A DNA stretch of 64,000 bases from Minisyncoccota bacterium (GTDB lineage: Bacteria > Patescibacteriota > Minisyncoccia > Phycocordibacterales > Phycocordibacteraceae): positions 76,108 through 140,107 of the forward strand of contig DASZVH010000004.1 of the NCBI GenBank assembly GCA_035547315.1. Direction: 5' to 3'. Below the pieces are notes generated by a model. That model saw only the letters and a list, made by a program, of their open reading frames with translations. It was not told the origin of the DNA and searched no databases. Positions 38,192 to 46,985 of this stretch are shown in pieces; the stretch's first letter is position 1; each line of letters begins with the position of its first letter. Made by a program: the position numbers and the translations under genes.

Positions 38192-39251
38192 AGAGAGCCG
38201 CTCCGATTATTTTTTCCTCGGGCTTCTTATCTTTGTACCGCTCTCCTTGTATACGGCGTGGCGTGGAATGCCGCCCTGGATGGTCTTTGCCGCCTCGCTC
38301 CTCGCGATCGTTCCGCTTGCCCGGTATATCTCGCTTGCGACCGAAGAGCTCGCGAGCCGCTCGGGCCCCGCGCTCGGCGGCTTGTTGAACGCGACCTTCG
38401 GCAACGCGCCCGAGCTCATCATTTCCGGCTTCGCGCTTGCGGCAGGGCTCGTCTCGGTGGTCAAGGCGGCCATCGTCGGCTCGATCCTCGGCAATCTGCT
38501 CCTCGTCTTGGGCACCGCGATCCTCGCCGGCGGCGTGACGCGCACCGCGCAGCGCTTCAATCTCACCGCCGCGCGCGCCAACGCTTCCGTGCTTCTCCTC
38601 GCCGTCGCCGCGCTCGTCATCCCGGCCGTCTTCTTCGCCACTTCGGCCGCCGTCTCGCCGCGCGCGGTCGAGGATCTCTCGCTCGCGATCGCGGGCCTCA
38701 TGATGCTCGTCTACGGCGGCGTGCTCCTTTTCTCGCTCAAGACGCACAAGCACCTCTATGTGGAGGCCGAGGCCGAGGGCGACGGGCGCGGCTGGAGCCG
38801 GGTCGCGAGCGCGCTCGCCCTCCTGGCCGCGACCGCGGCGACCGCGGCGGTGAGCGAGGTCTTCGTCGGCTCGATCCGCCCGATCGTCGACTCTTTCGGC
38901 TGGACGGAAGGGTTCATCGGCGCGGTGGTGATCGCGATCGCGGGCAACGCCGCCGAGCACGCCTCGGCGGTCTCCGCGGCGCTCAAGGACCGCATGGACC
39001 TCGCGCTCGCGATCTCGGTAGGCTCGGCGACCCAGGTGTTGATGTTCGTCACGCCCGCCTTGGTCATTGCGGGCGCCTTGCTCGGTGCGCCCATGACGCT
39101 CGTCTTCTCCACCTTCTCCCTCGTGGCGCTCGTCTTCGGCATCTTCGTCGCCAATTCGATCATCGAAGACGGCGAGAGCAACTGGTTCGAGGGCCTGCAG
39201 CTCATCGCGCTCTACGGCATCGTCGCGGCCGCCTTCTTCTTCCACCCATGA
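38178..39251 (+). CDS. Ca2+/H+ antiporter (CAX/ChaA family)
   Basis: GGLLNATFGNAPE, GSILGNLLLV, GNAAEH, DGESNWFEG. Confidence 0.93.
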   Translation: MSATRESRSDYFFLGLLIFVPLSLYTAWRGMPPWMVFAASLLAIVPLARYISLATEELASRSGPALGGLLNATFGNAPELIISGFALAAGLVSVVKAAIVGSILGNLLLVLGTAILAGGVTRTAQRFNLTAARANASVLLLAVAALVIPAVFFATSAAVSPRAVEDLSLAIAGLMMLVYGGVLLFSLKTHKHLYVEAEAEGDGRGWSRVASALALLAATAATAAVSEVFVGSIRPIVDSFGWTEGFIGAVVIAIAGNAAEHASAVSAALKDRMDLALAISVGSATQVLMFVTPALVIAGALLGAPMTLVFSTFSLVALVFGIFVANSIIEDGESNWFEGLQLIALYGIVAAAFFFHP

Positions 39252-39712
39252 GGGCGCTGGCGTTCGCCGCGCTCGCGCTCCTGTGTCTCATAGGCCTCGC
39301 TGTCGCGTATCGGACAGGAGCGGGGAGCCGCGCGAGCTTCGGTGGCGTGTCCTTGACGCTCGAGTATGCGACAACCACGGCCGAGCGCGAGCTCGGCCTC
39401 GGCGGCCGAGCCGATATTCCGAGCAACTACGGCATGCTCTTCGTCTTCCCGGACGACGAGCGCTGGGGCATCTGGATGAAAAGCATGCGGGTGCCGCTCG
39501 ACCTCTTTTGGCTCGACGACGACCGGCGCGTGGTCTGGATAGAGCGGGAAGTGGCGACCGACACCTATCCGGATGTCTTTTATCCGCCCGTGCCGGCGCG
39601 CTATGTCCTTGAGACGGCCGCGGGCTTCGCCGCGACGCATCAGGTCGCGAGCGGTACGCCGCTCTTCCTGCCTGCTACGCCAAACGCCGCCTCTCATCGA
39701 GGCGGCGTTTGA
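39248..39712 (+). CDS. DUF192 domain protein
   Basis: RELGLGGR..GMLFVF..IWMKSMRVPLD..ARYVLE. Confidence 0.88.
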   Translation: MRALAFAALALLCLIGLAVAYRTGAGSRASFGGVSLTLEYATTTAERELGLGGRADIPSNYGMLFVFPDDERWGIWMKSMRVPLDLFWLDDDRRVVWIEREVATDTYPDVFYPPVPARYVLETAAGFAATHQVASGTPLFLPATPNAASHRGGV

Positions 39713-39720
39713 TTTTTTGG

Positions 39721-40080
39721 GGACCCGGCCGATAAGCCGAATTCTGTCTTGCTTCGCCGTAGCCCGGCGAGGCGAGGCGATCATTTATCTGTCTCGATTG
39801 TCGCCAACCGGATCAAGCGGCACCCCCGCCGCACCTCGCAGGTGGGCGGGTACGGCCTTGCACGCGGGTAAGGATTTAGCCGTTTCATCCCGTACCTTGC
39901 GGTACGGCTCGCCCCTCGGGATTACCCTCGGGGCGCTTGCACGCTTTCGCCGCAAGCGTCTCTGTTCGCACCTCGCGCCTCGCGGCGTGCGGGGATTACC
40001 CGCTACCTTGCTGCTCCCGAGGGAGCGCGTGTTCGGACTTTCCTCCCCGCCGAAAGCGGAGCGATCGCCTGGCCGGGTCC
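39721..40080 (-). ncRNA. rnpB: RNase P RNA
   Basis: P1 GGACCCGGCC/GGCCGGGTCC; GAGGAAAGTCCGAAC and ACAGAATTCGGCTTA (P4); TGGTATAAT just upstream. Confidence 0.93.
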
Positions 40081-40178
40081 GCAGGTATTATACCACGGAT
40101 CCGCGGGGAAAACCCCGCCTTGCGCCCGCTCGCGCGGGGTATACTGCATCCATTAATCTCTTAGCCGAAGAATCAATC

Positions 40179-42545
40179 ATGCCTCCGCAAGCAACCGCCA
40201 AACGTCTTTCGCTCGAGACCGTCGTGGTCTGGGCTCTCCTCGCCGTCGTCATCGTCGCCGCTGTCGCGGTGACGCCATGGAACGCGGTGCCCTCCGCCGC
40301 GACCAAGGCGTTCGTCATCGGCGCCGGCGCCATTATCGCGCTCGCGCTCTACATTCTCGCCCGCCTCGGGCGCGGCAGCGTCGTGCTCCCGCCCGCGCTC
40401 CTGCTCGGCGCGCTCTGGCTCCCCGCGCTCGCGTACCTGCTCTCGGCCGCCTTCTCGGGCGCCGGCTTCTCCGCCGCGGCCTTCGGCGCGGCGCTCGACA
40501 CCGACACCTTCGGCTTCATCCTCGCGGCGACGGTGCTTGGCTCGCTCTTCGCGCTTTCGCCGCGCCGCGCCGAGGAGTTCAAACGGCTCTTCTCCCTCTT
40601 CGGCTGGGCGCTCGGCATCATGGCCGCGCTGCAGATCCTTATCGTCATCGTGGGGCAGTTCGCTCCCGGGACCATCGCGCCCTCCTTCTCGCTCCTGGGG
40701 AGTCTCGGCGAGCTCGGCAGCGTCGCGGGGCTCGGCCTCGTGCTCTCGCTCGTCGCCTTGCGCACGCTCGCGCTCTCTCCGCGCCGCCGCGCGCAGCTCT
40801 ACGTGCTCGGCGCGCTCCTCCTGGTCGCGCTCGCCTTTGCCAATCTGACCCTCCCGTGGGTGCTCGTTGCGCTCGCCGCGCTCGCGCTCTTCGTCGAGGC
40901 GGTGATGCGCCGCGCGCCCGCAGGCGGCAGCGAAGAGCTCGAGGGCGCCGCGCTGATCGAGGAGGATGACGCCGGTCCCGCCGGCGGCGAGCGCCCCCTG
41001 ATCGCGCCATTGGTCGTGCTCGCGGTCGCGCTCTTTTTCCTCATCGGCGGCACGCTCGGCAACGGGCTCACCACGGCTCTGCATATCTCTTCGCTCAATG
41101 TCCGGCCCTCCTGGCAGTCGACGCTTGCGACCGCCGGCAGCGTCTATCGCTCCTCGCCCGTCTTCGGCTCGGGGCCCGACACCTTCGGCGCGCACTGGCT
41201 CCTCGCGCGCAACGCGGCGCTCAATAGCACCGTCTTCGCCAACATCGACTTCACCGCCGGCATCGGCAGCGTCCCGACCTCCTTCGTGACCACCGGGCTC
41301 GCGGGCGTGCTCGCCTGGGTGCTCTTCTTGGGCGCGTTCCTCTTCTTCGGCGGCCGGGCGCTCCTCCTGCGCAGCCCCGAGGAGCCGCTGGTGCGCTACG
41401 CGCTGCTCGCCTCGTTCGTCGGCTTCGGCTATCTGGCGCTGCTTGCGATCCTCTCGGTGCCGGGGCCTTTCGTCTATGCGCTGCTCTTCGTCTTCGCGGG
41501 CATCTTCATCTCCGCCGCGCGCTACGCCAAGGGCGCCGCGCAGTGGGGCGTCGTCTTCGGCCGGTCGCCGCGCGTCGGCTTCGTGATCGTCTTCTGCCTC
41601 ACGCTGCTCCTCTTGGCCGCGGTCGCCGCCGCCTATGCGCTCGTCGAGCGCTACGTCGCGGTCGCCGACCTCGCGCGCGCCGAACAGGCGCTCGCCGCGG
41701 GCGATACCGCCGGCGCCGCAGCCGCCGCGCAGAGCTCGCTCTCCTTCGCTCCCTCGGCCGCCGCCTATGAGGCGCAGGCGCTCGCCGCCCTCGGGCAGAT
41801 GAACGCGATCGCCGGCGACGCCACGCTCTCGCAGGCCGCCGCCCAGCAGCAGTTCCAGGCCGCGCTCTCGGCGGGCATCAACGCGGCGCTCACCGCGACG
41901 CAGCTCGCGCCCGCCGACTACACGGCGTGGATCACGCTCGGCAACCTCTACGCGGCGGTGGTCCCGCTCGGCGTCGCGGACTCCTACGACAGCGCCAAGG
42001 CCGCCTACGCCAAGGCCGGAGCGCTCAACCCGACCTCGCCTTCGATCCCGTATCTCCTCGCGCAGCTCGAGATAGCGAACAAAGACCTTCCCGCGGCCGA
42101 GACCGCGCTTAAGCAGGCGATCACGCTCTCGCCGAGCGACACGCAGGCGATCCTCCTGCTCTCGCAGCTCGAGGTGGCTTCGGGCGACCTGCAAAGCGCC
42201 CTCGCCGACGCGAAAGCCGCCGCTTACTTCACCCCGAACGACCCGAACGTCCTCTACCAGCTGGGCGTGCTCGAGGCCGCCTCCGGCGACCTGCAAAGCG
42301 CGGTCTCGGCGCTCTCGGCCGCGGTCGCCGCCAATCCGCAGTTCGCCAACGCGCGCTACCTGCTCGCCGCCGCCTACGCCAAGAGGGCGGATTATACCGA
42401 CGCGCTCGCGCAGCTTTCGGCCATCGCCGCGCTCTCCGACGACAACAAGCAGGCGGTCGCCGCCGACATCGACGCGCTCTCGGCAGGGGAGAACCCGTTC
42501 CCGGCGAACCTCCTCGCGGCGTCCTCGACCAGCCTCTCGCAGTAG
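40179..42545 (+). CDS. Polytopic membrane protein (O-antigen-ligase-like) with C-terminal TPRs
   Basis: About 12 TMs, PVFGSGPDTF, TTGLAG; TPR-like helices. Confidence 0.75.
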   Translation: MPPQATAKRLSLETVVVWALLAVVIVAAVAVTPWNAVPSAATKAFVIGAGAIIALALYILARLGRGSVVLPPALLLGALWLPALAYLLSAAFSGAGFSAAAFGAALDTDTFGFILAATVLGSLFALSPRRAEEFKRLFSLFGWALGIMAALQILIVIVGQFAPGTIAPSFSLLGSLGELGSVAGLGLVLSLVALRTLALSPRRRAQLYVLGALLLVALAFANLTLPWVLVALAALALFVEAVMRRAPAGGSEELEGAALIEEDDAGPAGGERPLIAPLVVLAVALFFLIGGTLGNGLTTALHISSLNVRPSWQSTLATAGSVYRSSPVFGSGPDTFGAHWLLARNAALNSTVFANIDFTAGIGSVPTSFVTTGLAGVLAWVLFLGAFLFFGGRALLLRSPEEPLVRYALLASFVGFGYLALLAILSVPGPFVYALLFVFAGIFISAARYAKGAAQWGVVFGRSPRVGFVIVFCLTLLLLAAVAAAYALVERYVAVADLARAEQALAAGDTAGAAAAAQSSLSFAPSAAAYEAQALAALGQMNAIAGDATLSQAAAQQQFQAALSAGINAALTATQLAPADYTAWITLGNLYAAVVPLGVADSYDSAKAAYAKAGALNPTSPSIPYLLAQLEIANKDLPAAETALKQAITLSPSDTQAILLLSQLEVASGDLQSALADAKAAAYFTPNDPNVLYQLGVLEAASGDLQSAVSALSAAVAANPQFANARYLLAAAYAKRADYTDALAQLSAIAALSDDNKQAVAADIDALSAGENPFPANLLAASSTSLSQ

Positions 42546-42571
42546 CGGGGCCGGGCGCGTAGAATAGGGAG

Positions 42572-44236
42572 ATGGTCAAGCGCCTGCTCGAGCGGATCGC
42601 GCGCCCCGTACGCGGCCTGCATCAGGCCGCGTACGTGCTTGCGGGCCTCACGCTCGCCTCGCAGCTCCTCGCGCTGCTGCGCGACCGCACCTTCGCGCAC
42701 GTTTTCGGCGCCTCGCAGACGCTCGACTTCTACTATGCCGCCTTCAAGGTGCCGGATCTGGTGTTCGCCCTCGTCTCCTCGCTCGTCTCCGCCTATATCC
42801 TGATCCCGCGCATCACGGGCGCCTCGCGCGAGGAGGCGGGGCGGTTCCTCTCCGAGTCGCTCACGTTCCTGCTTGCCGGCGGCGGGGTGATCTGTCTCGC
42901 GCTCGCGCTCCTGGCGCCGGAGATCCTCTTCTCCATTTATCCGCAATTCGCCGCCTCGCCGCAGGCGGGCGCCTTCATCCTGCTCGCGCGCATACTCCTC
43001 ATCCAGCCGATCCTCCTCGGCGCTTCCGGCGTCCTCGGGAGCGTGACCCAGGTCGAGCGGCAATTCTTCCTCTTCGCGCTCGCGCCGGTGCTCTACAACC
43101 TCGGCATCATCCTCGGGACGGTGCTCCTCTTCCCGCGGCTGGGCTTGCCGGGGATCGGCTATGGCGTGGTCGCGGGCAGCCTCGCCTATGTCGCGACCAA
43201 TCTCCCCTCGCTCGCGCGGGCCGGCATCCGCATCCGCTTCATCCGGCCGCGGCTCGCCGAACTGCTCCCGGTGGTGCGCGACTCGATCCCGCGCTCCTTG
43301 GCGCTCGGGATGGATTCTTTCACGCTCCTCTTCCTCACCGCGCTCGCGGCGCGGCTCTCCGAGGGCTCGGTATCCGTCTTCACGCTCGCGGGCAACCTGG
43401 AGAACGTGCCGCTCTCGCTTATCGGCGGCTCCTATGCGGTCGCCGCCTTCCCGGCGCTCTCGAAGCACGCTGCGGACCGGGAAGAGTTCACCCGCGTGCT
43501 CTCGGGGAGCGCGCGGCACATCATCCTCTGGTCGATGGTCTTTATCGGGCTCGTAATCACGCTGCGCGCATATATCGTCCGCGTCATCCTGGGCTCGGGC
43601 GCCTTCGACTGGGACGCCACCCGGCTCACCGCCGCCCTGCTCGCGCTCTTCGTCGTCGGGCTCGCGGCCCAGGGGCTGGTGCTCCTCTTCTCCCGCGCCT
43701 TGTACGCCGTCAAACAGTCCTGGCGGCCGTTCTTCTACCAGCTCGGGGCCGCCCTCTTCACCGCGGCCGCGGCGCTCCTCCTGCTCTCGCCCGCCGCGCG
43801 CGGCTCCTTCGCCCCATGGCTCGCGGGCATCCTGCGGGTCGGCGACATCTCCGACGCGCTCGTCCTCACGCTCGCCTTCGCCGCGACGTTGGGCGAGATA
43901 TTCCTCGCCGCCTTCGCGACCTACGCGCTCCGGCAGGCGGCGCCCGGCCTCGCGCGCTCCCTGCTCCGGCCGCTGCTCGAGGGCGGCGTCGCCGCCTTCG
44001 CCGGCGGGGGAGCCGCGTATCTGGCGCTCTGGTATCTCGGCGGGATCGCGCCGCTCTCCACCTCGGGCGTCGTTTTCGCCGACGGCTTCATCGCGGGGGT
44101 GCTCGGCCTCGCCGCCTCGGCGCTCACGCTCTTCCTGCTCAAGAACGAGGAATTCGCCGACATCGTCTCGGCGGCGCGCCGCATCTCGACCAAGATCCTC
44201 CCGCCCTCGGCACCCGAGGAGGCTATCCCCAACTAA
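42572..44236 (+). CDS. murJ: Lipid II flippase MurJ
   Basis: SQLLALLRDR, YYAAFKVPD, APVLYNLGII, AVAAFPALS, RALYA. Confidence 0.9.
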   Translation: MVKRLLERIARPVRGLHQAAYVLAGLTLASQLLALLRDRTFAHVFGASQTLDFYYAAFKVPDLVFALVSSLVSAYILIPRITGASREEAGRFLSESLTFLLAGGGVICLALALLAPEILFSIYPQFAASPQAGAFILLARILLIQPILLGASGVLGSVTQVERQFFLFALAPVLYNLGIILGTVLLFPRLGLPGIGYGVVAGSLAYVATNLPSLARAGIRIRFIRPRLAELLPVVRDSIPRSLALGMDSFTLLFLTALAARLSEGSVSVFTLAGNLENVPLSLIGGSYAVAAFPALSKHAADREEFTRVLSGSARHIILWSMVFIGLVITLRAYIVRVILGSGAFDWDATRLTAALLALFVVGLAAQGLVLLFSRALYAVKQSWRPFFYQLGAALFTAAAALLLLSPAARGSFAPWLAGILRVGDISDALVLTLAFAATLGEIFLAAFATYALRQAAPGLARSLLRPLLEGGVAAFAGGGAAYLALWYLGGIAPLSTSGVVFADGFIAGVLGLAASALTLFLLKNEEFADIVSAARRISTKILPPSAPEEAIPN

Positions 44237-44258
44237 AGGGAGATGCTAGAGTCGCGTA

Positions 44259-46082
44259 GTGGAGATACGCAACTTCTCGATCATCGCGCACATTGACCAC
44301 GGGAAGAGCACCCTGGCTGATCGCCTGCTCGAGAAGACGGGCACTATCCCCGAGCGCAAGATGCGCGCGCAGGTCTTGGACAAGATGGACCTCGAGCGCG
44401 AGCGCGGGATCACGATCAAGATGCAGCCGGTGCGGATGACCTATCGCGCGGCGGACGGTCGCGACTATATTTTGAATTTGATCGATACGCCCGGGCATAT
44501 CGACTTCTCCTATGAGGTCTCGCGGGCGCTTAAGGCGGTCGAGGGCGTCGTCTTGCTTGTGGACTCTACCCAGGGAGTCCAGGCGCAAACGTTGACCACC
44601 CTCGCCGCGGCCAAGGAGGCCGGCTGCGCTATCATCCCGGTGGTCTCCAAGATAGATTCTCCCTACGCGCGCGTGCCGGAGGTCAAAGCGGAGCTCGCGC
44701 GCCTGCTCGAGGTCCGGGAGGGGAGTGTGCTCGCGGTCTCGGGGAAGACGGGCGCCGGCGTAGAGCAATTGCTGCAGGCAATTGTGGAAAGAGTGCCCGC
44801 GCCGACAAGGTCGAACCTCGTAAATCCCGAAGGTTCGACCTTGTCGGGCGAAGCGCGCGGGCTCATCTTCGACTTCTCCTATTCCACGCACCGCGGCATC
44901 GCCGTCTATCTGCGCGTCTTCGACGGCTCGATCAAGGCGGGCGACAAATTGTCCTTCCGCGCGGCAGGCCGTGATTTTACGGCCCTCGAGGTCGGCGTCT
45001 TCACCCCCGAGGAGGCGCCCACCGCCGCGCTTGGCGCGGGAGAGATCGGCTACGTGGTCACCGGCATCAAGGAGCCGGGCGTGGTTGCGGTCGGCGACAC
45101 CGTCGGCGCCACCAAGGGTGCTCTGCCGGCCCTGGCGGGTTTTGAACGGCCGCGTCCGGTGGTCTGGGCCTCCGTCTATCCGGAAAGCCAAGACGATCTG
45201 CCACTTCTTCGCCAGGCGCTTGAGCGCCTGCGGCTCTCCGACTCCTCGCTCTCCTTTGAGGAGGAATCATCCGGGGTGCTCGGGCGAGGCTTCCGCTGCG
45301 GGTTCTTGGGGCTCCTCCATTTGGAGATCATCACGGAGCGCCTGCGGCGCGAGTTCAGCCTCACCTTGGTGGTCACGATCCCGACGATCTCCTATGTGGT
45401 CACCACGGAGAACGGCAAAACAGAGACTTACTACACGCCGGCCAAGTTCCCCGAGTTCGGCGAGATCAAAGAGATCCGCGAGCCTTGGGCAAACGCGATT
45501 ATCATCACGCCCCCAGAGTCCCTCTCCGGCATCATGCAGCTCCTCTACGAGCATGAGGCGGAAGTTAAAAACACCGAGACCTTCCCTGACGGCAGGATCG
45601 AGCTTGCTGCGGAGCTGCCCTTGCGGGAGCTTATGCGCGGATTCTTCGATGCACTCAAGAATGTCTCCTCGGGCTACGCGAGCCTCTCCTATGAGCTCCT
45701 GCCAGAGCGGCCGGCCGACGTGGTGCGTCTCGATATCTTGGTCGCGGAGGAGCCGGTGCCCGCCTTCGCGCGGATCGTCGCGCGGCGGCGCGTACAAGAG
45801 GAGGCGGAGAAGATGGTCGAGCGCCTCCATGCCATACTCCCCAAGCAGCTCTTTGTCACCAAGATCCAGGCGCGCGCCTTGGGGCGGATCATCTCCTCGC
45901 GCTCCTTATCCGCGATGCGCAAGGATGTCACGGGTTACCTCTACGGCGGCGACGTCTCCCGCAAGCAAAAACTCCTGCAAAAGCAGAAGCGGGGCAAGAA
46001 GAAGCTCCTCGCGCACGGCACCGGCCGGGTGACCATCCCCGAGGACGTCTTTATGAAGATGGTGCAGGAAAGCGACCGCTAA
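44259..46082 (+). CDS. lepA: Elongation factor 4
   Basis: IRNFSIIAHIDHGKSTLADRL, GFRCGFLGLLHLEI, RKDV..YGGDVSRK.KLL. Confidence 0.97.
   Translation: MEIRNFSIIAHIDHGKSTLADRLLEKTGTIPERKMRAQVLDKMDLERERGITIKMQPVRMTYRAADGRDYILNLIDTPGHIDFSYEVSRALKAVEGVVLLVDSTQGVQAQTLTTLAAAKEAGCAIIPVVSKIDSPYARVPEVKAELARLLEVREGSVLAVSGKTGAGVEQLLQAIVERVPAPTRSNLVNPEGSTLSGEARGLIFDFSYSTHRGIAVYLRVFDGSIKAGDKLSFRAAGRDFTALEVGVFTPEEAPTAALGAGEIGYVVTGIKEPGVVAVGDTVGATKGALPALAGFERPRPVVWASVYPESQDDLPLLRQALERLRLSDSSLSFEEESSGVLGRGFRCGFLGLLHLEIITERLRREFSLTLVVTIPTISYVVTTENGKTETYYTPAKFPEFGEIKEIREPWANAIIITPPESLSGIMQLLYEHEAEVKNTETFPDGRIELAAELPLRELMRGFFDALKNVSSGYASLSYELLPERPADVVRLDILVAEEPVPAFARIVARRRVQEEAEKMVERLHAILPKQLFVTKIQARALGRIISSRSLSAMRKDVTGYLYGGDVSRKQKLLQKQKRGKKKLLAHGTGRVTIPEDVFMKMVQESDR
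44802..44847. repeat. Palindromic REP-like element in frame inside lepA
   Basis: Perfect 17-bp inverted repeat CCGACAAGGTCGAACCT/AGGTTCGACCTTGTCGG with a 12-nt loop. Confidence 0.8.
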
Positions 46083-46100
46083 GAAGGTATACTGGGCCGC

Positions 46101-46439
46101 ATGCGGCGGATCGAGTGGAGGAAGGGGCTTGCGATCGGCGTACTTATCCTGACCGCCGTCTGGCTCGGCTCCCTGATCTGGAGTTTGGCGGGAAAGGCGG
46201 ACCTCGCCTGGCGGCAGGCGCACGACACGCGGGCCGAGTACCTGGCGCTCGAGGCGCGGCGGCAGGAGCTTGCCGCCGACAGCGCCGCGCTCGAGACGCC
46301 GCGCGGGCAGGACGCCGCCATTCGCGAGGCCTTCGGCGTTGCGCGGCCGGGAGAAGAGGTTATCGTGGTAGTGCCGCCTGCCACCTCGACGCCCACCTCG
46401 ACGCCGCCGTGGTGGCGGCAGGTGCTGGATTGGTTCTAA
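46101..46439 (+). CDS. Septum formation initiator (FtsB/DivIC-like)
   Basis: TM, coiled coil, then IREAFGVARPGEEVIVV. Confidence 0.8.
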   Translation: MRRIEWRKGLAIGVLILTAVWLGSLIWSLAGKADLAWRQAHDTRAEYLALEARRQELAADSAALETPRGQDAAIREAFGVARPGEEVIVVVPPATSTPTSTPPWWRQVLDWF

Positions 46440-46467
46440 ATAAGGAAGAACCGGTTTTGCTTTTGGT

Positions 46468-46541
46468 GCAGGATTAGTTTAGTGGCAGAATAGTTGCTTC
46501 CCAAGCAATAGGCGCGAGTTCGATTCTCGCATCCTGCACCA
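46468..46541 (+). tRNA. tRNA-Gly (CCC), CCA encoded
   Basis: Acceptor GCAGGAT/ATCCTGC-ACCA; loop TT-CCC-AA; T-arm GCGAG-TTCGATT-CTCGC. Confidence 0.92.
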
Positions 46542-46553
46542 AGCGCAAAACCG

Positions 46554-46586
46554 ATGAAAACGGGGCCCCGCTCCCCGTTTTCATTT
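46554..46586 (+). terminator. Hairpin/terminator after tRNA-Gly
   Basis: ATGAAAACGGGG/CCCCGTTTTCAT 12-bp stem. Confidence 0.6.
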
Positions 46587-46626
46587 TCCAAGCAATAGGC
46601 GGGAGTTCGATGCTCCCATTCCGCAC
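46586..46626 (+). repeat. 3' half of a tRNA-Gly (att-like fragment)
   Basis: TTCCAAGCAATAGGCGGGAGTTCGATGCTCCCATTCCGCAC mirrors 46499-46539 with a compensatory T-stem change. Confidence 0.75.
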
Positions 46627-46666
46627 AGCGGTCAGAGACCCGTTTTTAGTCCGCGAGGCCTCTTAA

Positions 46667-46918
46667 AAAGTTCGCAACCGTGAGGCCTGTTCGGTTGAGG
46701 ATCCCACGTTTCAGACGCTCGGCTACGCCGTTGCGAAAATCGACACAACGAAGTTCCTCGGCATCTTTCCGATCAAGCAGAAACCGCGCCCTATCGTCTT
46801 CATCACCGACAACGGCAAGGCGGCGGTCTATGACCGCTCAATTCTCGATATCGTTAACGAAGAACTGGATCGCGCAGGTCTCGGTGCTTGCGCCCAGTTC
46901 GAAGAATGTCCGGTCTAG
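46667..46918 (+). pseudogene. Start-less protein-like reading frame (5'-truncated remnant)
   Basis: KVRNREACSVEDPTFQTLGYAVAKIDTTKFLGIFPIKQKPRPIVFITDNG..EECPV*; no in-frame start; followed by a terminator. Confidence 0.35.
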
Positions 46919-46935
46919 TTAAACGGGCACAAATA

Positions 46936-46967
46936 AAAAGGCCCGGGGATTTCTCCTCGGGCCTTTC
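46936..46967. terminator. Bidirectional terminator
   Basis: AAAAAGGCCCGGGGA..TCCTCGGGCCTTT between convergent frames. Confidence 0.65.
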
Positions 46968-46985
46968 GATATTGCGTTAACGGAA

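Noticed and set aside
39573-40178. 200-aa N-terminal extension of the TPR membrane protein
   Set aside because: It is the antisense of RNase P RNA and the end of the DUF192 gene; the real start is ATG 40179
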